Assembly (NCBI GenBank): GCA_964499465.1 | Contig: CAZCLJ010000002.1 | Span: 1-51,075, forward strand | From: an uncultured Hyphomicrobiales bacterium | Lineage (GTDB): Bacteria; Bacteroidota; Ignavibacteria; Kapaibacteriales; UBA2268 | Reading direction: 5' to 3' | DNA length: 51,075 nucleotides | In this document: positions 9,137-18,067 of the stretch, piece after piece | Layout of the letters: the number at the start of each line of letters is the position of its first letter | How positions within the stretch are numbered: position 1 is the stretch's first letter | The notes under the pieces: generated by a model | What the model saw: only the letters and a program-made list of their open reading frames with translations | Databases searched by the model: none | Told to the model about the DNA's origin: nothing | Made by a program: the position numbers and the translations under genes

Positions 9137-10027
9137 CTATGCCCCACTTGTCCTTTTATTCTTACGGTTGCTGTTTGAGCAGATCCTTCCGATAAAGACA
9201 TGTGTGTATAATAATGCTTGAAGATAATTAGCGCTAGAACTACCTACGGTGAAATTATCCAAATCATCACCAAATTGCGTGTCATGATAAGCATAGGGTA
9301 AGTTTGATGCCCAATATCCATCAAAATCAGCATAATCCTCATCATAAACCTGTGTTTCATGCTCATAAGTGACATTGTTATTACCGTTGTAATAGGATAT
9401 ATTATTAAAATAAAAGAATTGGAAAGTCATTTGTCTGGTAACCTTTGATTCCCCGTAATAAGGTGCCCAAGACTCATGATAGAGTGATTGATTTAAAGTT
9501 TTTTTGGGTAAAGCTACTTGTTCATCACATTTTTCCAATTTCCCCAAATCCTTTGCGGCATCCTCCGAATAAGAATCGACTATAATTTTATCAATCATAG
9601 GATTCTTATTATTTAAAGAAGATTTAATTTGCTTACTTAGAGTAGTATACCCATTTATAACAACTTGGTCTTCCTCTTTTTTCAAATTTTCTGCAATAAC
9701 TTCATTTGCTTGATTGAGAAATTCTAAATGCTTACTCGCAAATCGTTGCACCGCATTATCAATGCTTTCGCCGTTTTTAAGGACATAGCCGCCGGACATT
9801 TCTCCGTCTTTAAAAGTAAACTCTTTTACTTCTATACCATTGGTGTTAACTATTTCGGATAACTCCGAAGCGAATACTGGTCTATTTAGGGTTATTAAAC
9901 TTTTACAAGTTTGACACTCTTGATTGATTGAAGCACTTGGCACTGACTGTGTTGGGCTTTTATTTTCCGAACAAAGAACAACTAATACGGCCAACAATGA
10001 CAACAAAAAAACAAGTATTTTCTTCAT
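9137..10027 (-). CDS. Hypothetical secreted protein or lipoprotein (296 aa)
   Basis: N-terminal signal sequence MKKILVFLLSLLAVLVVLCSEN. SD GGAGAA lies upstream. No family recognised. Confidence 0.55.
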   Translation of the reverse strand: MKKILVFLLSLLAVLVVLCSENKSPTQSVPSASINQECQTCKSLITLNRPVFASELSEIVNTNGIEVKEFTFKDGEMSGGYVLKNGESIDNAVQRFASKHLEFLNQANEVIAENLKKEEDQVVINGYTTLSKQIKSSLNNKNPMIDKIIVDSYSEDAAKDLGKLEKCDEQVALPKKTLNQSLYHESWAPYYGESKVTRQMTFQFFYFNNISYYNGNNNVTYEHETQVYDEDYADFDGYWASNLPYAYHDTQFGDDLDNFTVGSSSANYLQALLYTHVFIGRICSNSNRKNKRTSGA

Positions 10028-10188
10028 GAAAATTCTCCTTTGATTAGATTTTAGGTAATTTTAACTTTTTTCAAATATAAAGAACAAAAAATCCGTCGAA
10101 TAAATTATCTTACCTCCTTTCTATTGATAATTGGTAGTAGATGGACAATATCTTTATTATATAGAATATTAAAAGTTTTGGGAAACAT

Positions 10189-10218
10189 AAAAATAACGCT
10201 AATTTTAGCGTTATTTTT
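10189..10218 (-). terminator. Terminator after tRNA-Trp
   Basis: Perfect 12-13 bp palindrome AAAAATAACGCT/AGCGTTATTTTT. Confidence 0.7.
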
Positions 10219-10225
10219 AAATCCG

Positions 10226-10296
10226 CACGGGCTGTAGGAATCGAACCCACGCTAGAGGTTTTGGAGACCCCTGTACTACCATTATACGAAGCCCGC
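10226..10296 (-). tRNA. trnW: tRNA-Trp (anticodon CCA)
   Basis: I folded the cloverleaf by hand. Acceptor GCGGGCT/AGCCCGT (G1-U72 wobble), D arm GTAT-AATGGTA-GTAC, anticodon arm GGGGT-CTCCAAA-ACCTC, T arm GTGGG-TTCGATT-CCTAC. 71 nt, no encoded CCA. Confidence 0.8.
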
Positions 10297-10352
10297 ATAT
10301 TCCGCCCGCAAGTGCGAAATAAATATATTAACAACCTACTTTTCTGCTTAAA

Positions 10353-11399
10353 TTATTTACTCAATATTTTTTTATATTCTATTTTGTCATAAATATCAAA
10401 AACAGTAACCGCCAAGGAAATCAAAAGCGGACCAACCACTATCCCCCAAAAACCGAACAAAGAAATTCCTCCCAAAACAGAAAACAACACAAATATCGGG
10501 TGAACTTGCGCTTTCCCTTTTATCATAAACATCCTAATAATATTGTCAATCATACTAATTATTAAAAATCCCCATAAAAGCAGAAACACGCCTTGCCAAA
10601 CATGTCCGATAAATAACAAATAAACACCGCAAGGAAACCAAACTAAATAAGCACCAAAATAAGGAATCATGGAAAGCAGGGCGGTTATAATCGACGGTAA
10701 AAATGCCGGCAACCCGGCAATGGTAAATCCTACCGCGCATAAAGTAGCTTGAGCCACGGCAACCGCAAAAGTAGAGGCAAAAATAGTATAACTTACGTCT
10801 TTAAACTTTTTGAAAATCAAATGATCATATTTGTCAGGCAACGGCGTCCAATACATTAATTTCTCTAACATTTTTTTTCCGTCGACAAAAAAGAAAAATA
10901 AAGTAAAAAGTATTAAAACCAAAGAAATCGCGAAAGCGGTCGTTTCCTTGAGAAACCCGGCCGCACCCTCAACAAGCCAGTTGCTGGATTTTTTGGCCAC
11001 TTCTATTACAACTTCTTTTAATTCGTCACCACCAAGATTAAACCATGTTTTAAAATGAGATAAAAAACCATTTTCGATATTATTATCCAGTCCGTCATTT
11101 TCAAAAAACCTGATAGTATCGGAATAGGCCGCGACCGACTTCTGCGCGCCGTAAATTATCAAATTCGACAAAGGAACTATTACAACCAAAACTATAGCCA
11201 AACACATAAAAATAGCGGAAAGCTTTTCACGACCGCCAAATCTTTTTTTGAGCCACTCATAAGCCGGATAAAATGTCGAAGCTAAAACCGCTGAAATTAA
11301 AATTTCTATCAAAAAGGGGCGGAAGACAAAATAGCAAGCAAAAGTAACCCCGAACAGAATCGCAAATAAAAAAACTCTGGTCAAAAAAGCTTTATTCAT
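10353..11399 (-). CDS. AI-2E family transporter (PerM/UPF0118-like permease)
   Basis: 348 aa, polytopic. The size, topology and C-terminal FGFWGIVVGPLL-type segment are typical of the family. Confidence 0.7.
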   Translation of the reverse strand: MNKAFLTRVFLFAILFGVTFACYFVFRPFLIEILISAVLASTFYPAYEWLKKRFGGREKLSAIFMCLAIVLVVIVPLSNLIIYGAQKSVAAYSDTIRFFENDGLDNNIENGFLSHFKTWFNLGGDELKEVVIEVAKKSSNWLVEGAAGFLKETTAFAISLVLILFTLFFFFVDGKKMLEKLMYWTPLPDKYDHLIFKKFKDVSYTIFASTFAVAVAQATLCAVGFTIAGLPAFLPSIITALLSMIPYFGAYLVWFPCGVYLLFIGHVWQGVFLLLWGFLIISMIDNIIRMFMIKGKAQVHPIFVLFSVLGGISLFGFWGIVVGPLLISLAVTVFDIYDKIEYKKILSK

Positions 11400-11420
11400 A
11401 TTTTTATTGATGCGGACGAT

Positions 11421-11852
11421 TTATTCGCCGCTTATTTTATTTAAAATATCCGGGAATTTTTTTAAAATATAAGAATAGCGGTCAATCACTTCGCCGGTTT
11501 CTTCATCAAACAACGGAGTGCCTCCCTTATAAATGGCATTTTTGGCGTCTCCATAGCGATTATAGCCGTTATCTTCCAGCCAAGAATCTATTTTCTCTCT
11601 CTGGCTTTCGGTAAGACTACTCGCGGCACCGGCGGAAACTTCTTCGCTTTTACCGTTGCCGGAAAAATCAAATTCCTTGTTTTTTTGATCATCTTTAAAT
11701 TTGTTAAAAATTTCTCCAACTTGATAATCAACTTCCTCCAGAGCAATTTTTTGCAAAGAATTCGAACATCCTGAAAATAAAAAAAGCAAAGCAGGAAAAA
11801 TTAAAATTTTCCCCGCAAAAAAGAAAGAAATTTTCCTCCTCTTGCCTTCCAT
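11421..11852 (-). CDS. Hypothetical lipoprotein (143 aa)
   Basis: Signal sequence plus lipobox LFLFSGC-S. Confidence 0.55.
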   Translation of the reverse strand: MEGKRRKISFFFAGKILIFPALLFLFSGCSNSLQKIALEEVDYQVGEIFNKFKDDQKNKEFDFSGNGKSEEVSAGAASSLTESQREKIDSWLEDNGYNRYGDAKNAIYKGGTPLFDEETGEVIDRYSYILKKFPDILNKISGE

Positions 11853-11854
11853 TT

Positions 11855-12010
11855 TTATTTTATTTCTTTATGTAAAGTATTTTTTTTGCACTTTTTGCAA
11901 AATTTACTCAACTCTAATTTTTCTTTTAAAATTTTTTTGTTTTTTCTGGAATGGCGGATGCCCTGCTTGCATTCGGTGCATTCCAATTTAATCAAAGAAT
12001 CTTGAGACAT
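11855..12010 (-). CDS. rpmG: 50S ribosomal protein L33, Zn-ribbon type. Not in the ORF track because it is under 60 aa.
   Basis: My hand translation gives MSQDSLIKLECTECKQGIRHSRKNKKILKEKLELSKFCKKCKKNTLHKEIK. This matches the L33 pattern CxxC...KNK...LEL.K.C..C.K.TLHKE.K. Confidence 0.85.
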   Translation of the reverse strand: MSQDSLIKLECTECKQGIRHSRKNKKILKEKLELSKFCKKCKKNTLHKEIK

Positions 12011-12054
12011 AATATTTTCTAAAAGTAAATTTTATTATTATTAATTATATTGAT

Positions 12055-12083
12055 ATATTATTGAATTTTCAGCTAAAAGTCAA
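12055..12083 (-). promoter_or_regulatory. Sigma70-like promoter for rpmG
   Basis: Minus strand: TTGACT (12083-12078), 17-nt spacer, TAATAT (12060-12055). Confidence 0.45.
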
Positions 12084-12089
12084 GGGGAT

Positions 12090-12956
12090 TTATATTTGGC
12101 ATCTTGGACAAAAATGTGTTCCGCGGCCGGCAATTTTAGCTTTTTCTATTTTTTCTCCGCAAATCAAGCATTTTTCACCTACTCGGCCGTAGACTTTCAA
12201 CAAAGCGCTGAAATTCCCTTTTTGGCCGCGAGTATCAATATAATCGCTAAAAGTCGTGCCGCGATGCTTTATAGCTGAGGCAATTATTTTTTTTGTTGTC
12301 AAAAAAATTTTTTTTATTTCATCGTCGCCCAGGCCGACGGCGGATCTGCGGGGTTCTATTCCGGAAGCGAAAAGAATCTCATCAGCGTAAATATTACCGA
12401 TGCCGGCAATATTTTTTTGGTCAAGTAAAGCCGCTTTAATATTTTTTTTACTTTGAAAAATTTCTTTCAAATTCTTTAAAGTAAAATTTTTTTGCAAAGG
12501 TTCTATACCATAACCGGCCCTTATCAGCTCCCAATCTTGCGCCGAAACTATTTTGACATATCCGAAGCGGCGCAAATCATTGAAAAACAATTTTCCCCCA
12601 CCGAAAAATTCCAATTCGAATCTGGTATGTTTATTCGGGAGCTCTCCGCCGATTGTTTTCTTTAAATTCCCTTTTTTAAAAGAATGCCCGCCGGCGATAA
12701 TTTCCTCCTTAACCGAATAAACCAGCTGACCGGTCATTTTTAAATGAATTAAAATAAAATGTCCTCCTTGAATTTTTACAGATAGAAGCTTACCGACACG
12801 CTCCAAGCCCAAAACTTTTTTGTTAATTAAAAATCGGGTAAAATCTTTGTTTTTACCAAGTTTTTTATCTTTAACAGATAAATCTTTTATTTTTAAACCG
12901 ACAATTCTCTCCTCCAGGTCGCGGCGGATTGTTTCAACTTCCGGCAATTCCGGCAT
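12090..12956 (-). CDS. mutM: Formamidopyrimidine-DNA glycosylase
   Basis: N-terminal MPELPEVE, an H2TH region, and a C-terminal zinc finger CLICGEKI...HFCPRCQ. Confidence 0.92.
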   Translation of the reverse strand: MPELPEVETIRRDLEERIVGLKIKDLSVKDKKLGKNKDFTRFLINKKVLGLERVGKLLSVKIQGGHFILIHLKMTGQLVYSVKEEIIAGGHSFKKGNLKKTIGGELPNKHTRFELEFFGGGKLFFNDLRRFGYVKIVSAQDWELIRAGYGIEPLQKNFTLKNLKEIFQSKKNIKAALLDQKNIAGIGNIYADEILFASGIEPRRSAVGLGDDEIKKIFLTTKKIIASAIKHRGTTFSDYIDTRGQKGNFSALLKVYGRVGEKCLICGEKIEKAKIAGRGTHFCPRCQI

Positions 12957-13074
12957 ATTTTTAAATTATTTTCATTAAGAAAAAAATTGCAACCAAAGAA
13001 GAAAATTCAATTAAAAATACTTTTAATGCGGTTATTTCCAATTTATCAACATTTATAATCATAAAACTATCTTT

Positions 13075-14106
13075 CTACTGACATTTAAAATCCCAATAAT
13101 TAATCTTATTGTAATACTCATCAGTTTTATCGATTATTTTCTTCATGGTTTTCACACATTCTAAAGGATAATCGCCGACCGCGGTTTCATCGGAAAGCAT
13201 TAGGACATCGGCGCCGTCAAAAACGGCATTGGCAACGTCGGTTACATCGGCGTAGGTCGGATGCGGCTTGGCCACCATAGACATCATCATTTGCGTAGCC
13301 ACGATCGCCGGCTTGCCATGCCAATGAGCATGGCGGATAAGCTCTTTCTGTAAAATCGGCAGCTCTTCTAAAGGCATTTCGATTCCTAAATCGCCGCGAG
13401 CAATCATTATGCCATCGGAAGCTTGAATAATTTCATCAACCGCGTCAATGGCCGTAGCGCTCTCTATTTTAGAAATAACTTTTATTTCTTGGCCGACTAT
13501 TTTTTGCAACCTTTCCACATCATCAGCGCTCTGGGCAAAAGACAAACCGACAAAATCGACTTTTTGCTCCTTGCCAAAGGCGGCGTCTTTTTCATCTTTT
13601 TCCGTTAAACCGCCGCCGGTTAAAACGGTTTTGGGCACATTGATGCCTTTTTTGGAAGATAGGAGGCCGCCTCTTTCGACGCGCGCGAAAATTCTATCGT
13701 CTTTTTTGTCAATTACCGTTAATTCAATAACGCCATTAACCAAATAAAACGGGTGGCCAATTTTAACATCATTATATAATCCTTCATGGTCTATTGGAAT
13801 ACATTTCCCGGCGATGTCGCACACCCCCTTATAAGCAAAAGAATAAATCTCGCCTTCAGACATATTAACATCTTGCGGTAAAATTCCGACGCGAATGCGC
13901 GGTCCGCAGAGATCTTGAAATATTTTAACATCCTTTCCTGTTTCTTCTTTTATTCTTTTAGCATTTTCTTTAAGCTCTATAAGCTGATCATTACTAGCAT
14001 GGGAAAAATTCAAACGAAAAATTTCCACACCGGCCACGGCCATTTTTTTAAGTAACTCATAATCGGCCGAACGTCGGCCGACATTAGCCATAATCTTGGG
14101 GTTCAT
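13075..14106 (-). CDS. pyk: Pyruvate kinase, short form (343 aa) lacking the C-terminal regulatory domain
   Basis: FRLNFSHASND, DLCGPRIRVG, IARGDLGIEMP, MLSDETAVGDYP. The ORF ends right after the barrel domain. Confidence 0.85.
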   Translation of the reverse strand: MNPKIMANVGRRSADYELLKKMAVAGVEIFRLNFSHASNDQLIELKENAKRIKEETGKDVKIFQDLCGPRIRVGILPQDVNMSEGEIYSFAYKGVCDIAGKCIPIDHEGLYNDVKIGHPFYLVNGVIELTVIDKKDDRIFARVERGGLLSSKKGINVPKTVLTGGGLTEKDEKDAAFGKEQKVDFVGLSFAQSADDVERLQKIVGQEIKVISKIESATAIDAVDEIIQASDGIMIARGDLGIEMPLEELPILQKELIRHAHWHGKPAIVATQMMMSMVAKPHPTYADVTDVANAVFDGADVLMLSDETAVGDYPLECVKTMKKIIDKTDEYYNKINYWDFKCQ

Positions 14107-14295
14107 ATTTGATTAAATATTAAAATACGGCCAGAAGCCGCATTTAAAAAATTATTAACTTTTTTATTATAAATCAATTGCTTAATACTGTCAAATATGT
14201 TTTTTAAAATCAGTCCTTTAAAATATAAAACAAAAATATTTTTTAAATTAAAACTCCTTGCACTTCAAAAAATCCTTTAAATATCTTATATTTAG

Positions 14296-14314
14296 TACCT
14301 TGCATTAAAAGGTA
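14296..14314. promoter_or_regulatory. Candidate PadR operator (inverted repeat)
   Basis: TACCTT-N7-AAGGTA, located 35 nt upstream of the padR ATG and overlapping a TTGCAT box. Confidence 0.25.
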
Positions 14315-14348
14315 GTATGTGATATGTTTAAAATATAATTATAAAAAT

Positions 14349-14696
14349 ATGGAACAATTTGATTTTCAAAAAATAACGGATAACGCGGAATCGCAAATGC
14401 GCAAAGGCACGCTGGAATTTGCCATTTTGCTTGTTATCAGCCACGAGAAAACTTATGCCACCGAAATAATCAATAATTTAAAAGAAGCGCGCTTGGTGGT
14501 TGTTGAGGGAACTATCTACCCCCTTCTTTCTCGCTTAAAAAATTCTGGCTTATTAAATTACGAATGGGAAGAATCAAAATCCGGCCCGCCGCGCAAATAT
14601 TATTCTTTAACTCCTCTGGGAAATAAATTTTTATCCGCTTACGAAGAAGAATGGAATAAATTAGCAGAAGCTATAAATAAATTAAAAATAATATGA
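14349..14696 (+). CDS. PadR family transcriptional regulator
   Basis: Winged-helix PadR pattern: FAILLVISHEKTYATEII...GTIYPLLSRLKNSGLL...YYSLTPLG. The track ORF starts at a GTG (14319); the ATG at 14349 is preceded by TATAAT (14334-14339). Confidence 0.8.
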   Translation: MEQFDFQKITDNAESQMRKGTLEFAILLVISHEKTYATEIINNLKEARLVVVEGTIYPLLSRLKNSGLLNYEWEESKSGPPRKYYSLTPLGNKFLSAYEEEWNKLAEAINKLKII

Positions 14697-16684
14697 AAAA
14701 AACTATTTTTATCAACTTGGCCGGACGGAATTTCAGCATAGAAGAAAATGCGCAAGAACGTTTAGCTGATTATCTTGACGGAATCAGACAACATTGCGGA
14801 GTGGATGTTGATGTGGATGAAGTTATGTCCGACATAGAAATCGGCTTGTCGGATAAATTGAAAAACAAACTAAACGACTACAAAAACGTAATCACCCTTG
14901 AAGATGTGGAAAAACTAATCGGAATAATGGGGACAACCGATGATTTTGACCGTGAAATCGGCGGCGGTGAAAAATCTCCGCAACCGAAAAACAATCGGCG
15001 CAGATTATACCGCGATATAGACAATGCGATTTTAGGGGGCGTCGCTTCTGGGTTGGGAGCTTATTTCAATATTGATCCGGTTCTTTTCCGCTTGCTGTTC
15101 GTCGGATTGGTCTTTGCCGGCGGTTCCGGTTTCTTATTATATCTCATAATGTGGCTGATAACTCCGGCGGCAAAAAGCGCTTATGAAAAACTGGAAATGC
15201 GCGGTGAAGCGCCGACTGTTGCCGCTTTTGAACGCTTGGCAAAAACAGGAAAAAAAACCGGTGAAAAAATAAAAAGAAGCTGGCGCAACGGAGATTTCGG
15301 ACGGATAATTTCGCTCCCGCTGTCAATTATGGAAAACTTTTTCGGAGCTCTGAAACGCTTTTTCAATGCTTTATGGCCGATCGCCAGAACAATAATCGGG
15401 ATAATAATGGTTCTGGCCGCTGTAATTTTACTGGGATTCTTGGGAACAGCCGCTGCTTATTCTTTGCTCCAAGCCGGATCGCACTATCGTTTTATGTATG
15501 TCCCAATAAAAGAGCTAATTGAATCCTTCCCCTTCACTTATCTGGCGATAACCGTTTTCTTGTCATTGGCCATTCCGAGTGTTTTAATTTTTTTCGGCGG
15601 GCTGATACTGATACGCCGAAAAAACTTTTTGAACATTATTTCTTTCAGCGTTCTTGTCGGATTATGGATAATTTCAGCCGCTATAAGTATTGCACTGATC
15701 GCACGCTATGCTCCGGATCTGAAAAATAAAATTGAATCCTATCCCGAAATAACCAAAATCGAAAAAAAATTGAATATCGGACAAATAAATAGCATCAGCG
15801 CCGACGGTCAAAATTTACGCATAAACATAAGCATCTCTTCTTCCACTCCATCCTTAAAAATCAAGGGGCGCCAAATTGATATTGAACAATTGGCGATAAC
15901 TGAAAATAACGGCTTTCTAAACATTATTCAAACAGAGACTGAGGCGGAAAAAACCTGCTTAGCTTGCGAACCGGAAATCGTTGTTGTTGAAATAACTCTA
16001 TCTGAATTGGCGCAGATAAAAACAGAAAAAGCCCGCTTAACAATAAATGAACCAAAGGGAAATCTTGATGTTGAAGCAAATTTCCATGGTCGTATAAAAA
16101 TTATTAACCCCTCCTTAAGTAATCTAAAAATCAAATCCGTTAACGATGCTGAAATTTATATTGAAGGAGGGAAATCGGCTTCAACCACCGCCATTATTGA
16201 CAACGGAATTTTAGAATCGGTTGTTTTTAATAGCGACAATCTTGATATAGCGATGTCTGGAGAAAATAGCCGAGTAGGGGCATCGGGTAAGATCGGCAAT
16301 CTTGAATATTTTTCCGATGCAAGCTGCCGCAATTATTGCCATCTTAATTTTTCCGAAGCTACAATTAACCGAGTCGCCATTAACGACAAAGGAGCATCTG
16401 TGATAATCTTAGGATCTGTTGGCTCCCTTGAAGCCGATATTTCTGACGAGAGTTTTCTCTTATACGGCGGTCAGCCAAAAATAAACGGCGAGTTGCAAGA
16501 AAAAAATGTTATGCGCTACGAAAAAATAAGCGAAACGACTTATTACAATCTTCAACAAAATAGCCAGGAAGAAAATTTTGAGCTAAATTCTCTCAACGGG
16601 CGTTATTACAAATTTTTCCGAGATTCTTTGTCGCAACCGGCCTTTGAAAGATTACTTGACGCCTTCCGCTCTGTTGCGAATTAA
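14693..16684 (+). CDS. PspC-domain membrane protein with a long beta-rich C-terminal region
   Basis: PspC motif RLYRDIDNAILGGVASGLGAYFNIDPVLFRLLFV. ATGA overlap with padR. Multiple TM helices. Confidence 0.75.
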   Translation: MKKTIFINLAGRNFSIEENAQERLADYLDGIRQHCGVDVDVDEVMSDIEIGLSDKLKNKLNDYKNVITLEDVEKLIGIMGTTDDFDREIGGGEKSPQPKNNRRRLYRDIDNAILGGVASGLGAYFNIDPVLFRLLFVGLVFAGGSGFLLYLIMWLITPAAKSAYEKLEMRGEAPTVAAFERLAKTGKKTGEKIKRSWRNGDFGRIISLPLSIMENFFGALKRFFNALWPIARTIIGIIMVLAAVILLGFLGTAAAYSLLQAGSHYRFMYVPIKELIESFPFTYLAITVFLSLAIPSVLIFFGGLILIRRKNFLNIISFSVLVGLWIISAAISIALIARYAPDLKNKIESYPEITKIEKKLNIGQINSISADGQNLRINISISSSTPSLKIKGRQIDIEQLAITENNGFLNIIQTETEAEKTCLACEPEIVVVEITLSELAQIKTEKARLTINEPKGNLDVEANFHGRIKIINPSLSNLKIKSVNDAEIYIEGGKSASTTAIIDNGILESVVFNSDNLDIAMSGENSRVGASGKIGNLEYFSDASCRNYCHLNFSEATINRVAINDKGASVIILGSVGSLEADISDESFLLYGGQPKINGELQEKNVMRYEKISETTYYNLQQNSQEENFELNSLNGRYYKFFRDSLSQPAFERLLDAFRSVAN

Positions 16685-16716
16685 AAAACAAACCTATAAA
16701 TTTTCTATTTCCTTTT

Positions 16717-16749
16717 AAAACTTCGCATTGATTTTAAACGCGAGGTTTT
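16717..16749. terminator. Hairpin terminator between convergent genes
   Basis: AAAACTTCGC ... GCGAGGTTTT, a 10-bp stem with one G-U pair. Confidence 0.5.
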
Positions 16750-16812
16750 AAAAATAAATCAGGATTATTGACTTGCCTTTCTTAATACAAGCAACTATAA
16801 AATTTAAAATAA

Positions 16813-17937
16813 TTATTTAATCCTCCCTTCTTTCTTAATAGCTTTTTTCTTTTCCTCTATCTTGTCTTTCATGGCTCTGTATTTATCCCAAGTTATAAGC
16901 CAAACCATAGCGATAGAATCAATAGCGTCGGCTAAAACACAAGCGCTTAGCTTATTAAGTTTTTCTTTGTATTTTTCGTCTTTGAGTATTTTTAGTTTTT
17001 TATATTCTTTTTCTGTGACATTCTCCGGAATAAAATCAGTGGAGAGCAAATAGGATGCAAAACAAATCGCTTTTACATAGTCGTATATTTTTTTATTCCC
17101 AACGCCTATTAGTTTTTTATCTTTTATTCCATTCTTTTTGTTTATAGTCCATTTTCTGCTGCTTAATTCTTCTATAGTTTTGAAGAGAATAGAATTCTTA
17201 AACTCCTCTGTTTTTATATTTTCTTTCAATTCCGGGGCACCATCAATGTCATAATCAAAAACCTTTCTCTTTTTATCAAATTCATAATACTTCTCTATTT
17301 CTTTATCCCAATAGCCCTCCATATCGGGATGTATGGTTGACGGGCCATAGAAATCTCTGGAATCGCAATGCGGCGGAACATGGGAATCAGCCAGATAATG
17401 GCTGAGCATCAAAAAATACAGGGTTGTTTGATCATCGTTAAATAGAATATCAGAGCCTTTGTCTTCTTTGTCTTGAATTAAAACCATATCTCTAATAGCA
17501 TGACTCAGGGCTTCGCATCTATCAGGCAGATTATAATCGCTGGTGAGAAATAGTTTTTCCTTGAAACGGCTTTCTTTTATGCCCATCTTTTTCAGAGAGC
17601 TTAGATGAGGCGGGGTGAAATTGACTACCTCTTTGGCATCTTTGGCTTCTGTTTCAGTAGTAGGTTTTTTCAGTTTGAATGTATGGCCTCCGGTCAAGTT
17701 GTCTGAAATGACGCTATCCGGAAACCAAGCACCCTGAACAAAAGCGTCTTTGTGCTTGTCGAAGAAATTAACAAATCTTTCAGCTTGAGAATTGAAATAA
17801 TCATCAAATTTATCACCGAGAAAAAAATCTTTAAAATTTCCGCCAAGGAAACTTTTTTGGAATTGCTTGGAATTCTTGGCGGTCTTTAATCTTTGCATGG
17901 CCATCAGGGCCAGCCAGGCATGAGCTGTTGATTTCAT
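16813..17937 (-). CDS. Hypothetical protein, possibly of the zinc-dependent phospholipase C / S1-P1 nuclease-like superfamily
   Basis: 374 aa with a His/Asp pattern: STAHAWLA, GAWFPDS, GGHTF, LSHYLADSHVPPHCD. Strong SD AGGAGG. The family assignment is from memory of the motif pattern only. Confidence 0.45.
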   Translation of the reverse strand: MKSTAHAWLALMAMQRLKTAKNSKQFQKSFLGGNFKDFFLGDKFDDYFNSQAERFVNFFDKHKDAFVQGAWFPDSVISDNLTGGHTFKLKKPTTETEAKDAKEVVNFTPPHLSSLKKMGIKESRFKEKLFLTSDYNLPDRCEALSHAIRDMVLIQDKEDKGSDILFNDDQTTLYFLMLSHYLADSHVPPHCDSRDFYGPSTIHPDMEGYWDKEIEKYYEFDKKRKVFDYDIDGAPELKENIKTEEFKNSILFKTIEELSSRKWTINKKNGIKDKKLIGVGNKKIYDYVKAICFASYLLSTDFIPENVTEKEYKKLKILKDEKYKEKLNKLSACVLADAIDSIAMVWLITWDKYRAMKDKIEEKKKAIKKEGRIK

Positions 17938-18067
17938 AGATTTTGCCGCCCCTCCTTTTTTATTTAAGGGGCAAAAATAATTTAATAACTACTTTAATTA
18001 TAGCAAGAGACCAGGATCCGAACCATGGTTTCATATTTTAAAATTTGTAGAAAACAATTTAACATAT

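Noticed and set aside
10110-10334. 74-aa ORF in the track
   Set aside because: It is fully explained by tRNA-Trp and its terminator on the same strand. There is no SD and the composition is odd.
18011-18028. tRNA gene or att fragment (CCAGGATCCGAACCATGG resembles a reverse-complemented T arm)
   Set aside because: The stem needs a 1-nt bulge. No acceptor or anticodon arm can be built, and no second copy exists in the window. It is mentioned only as context in a finding.
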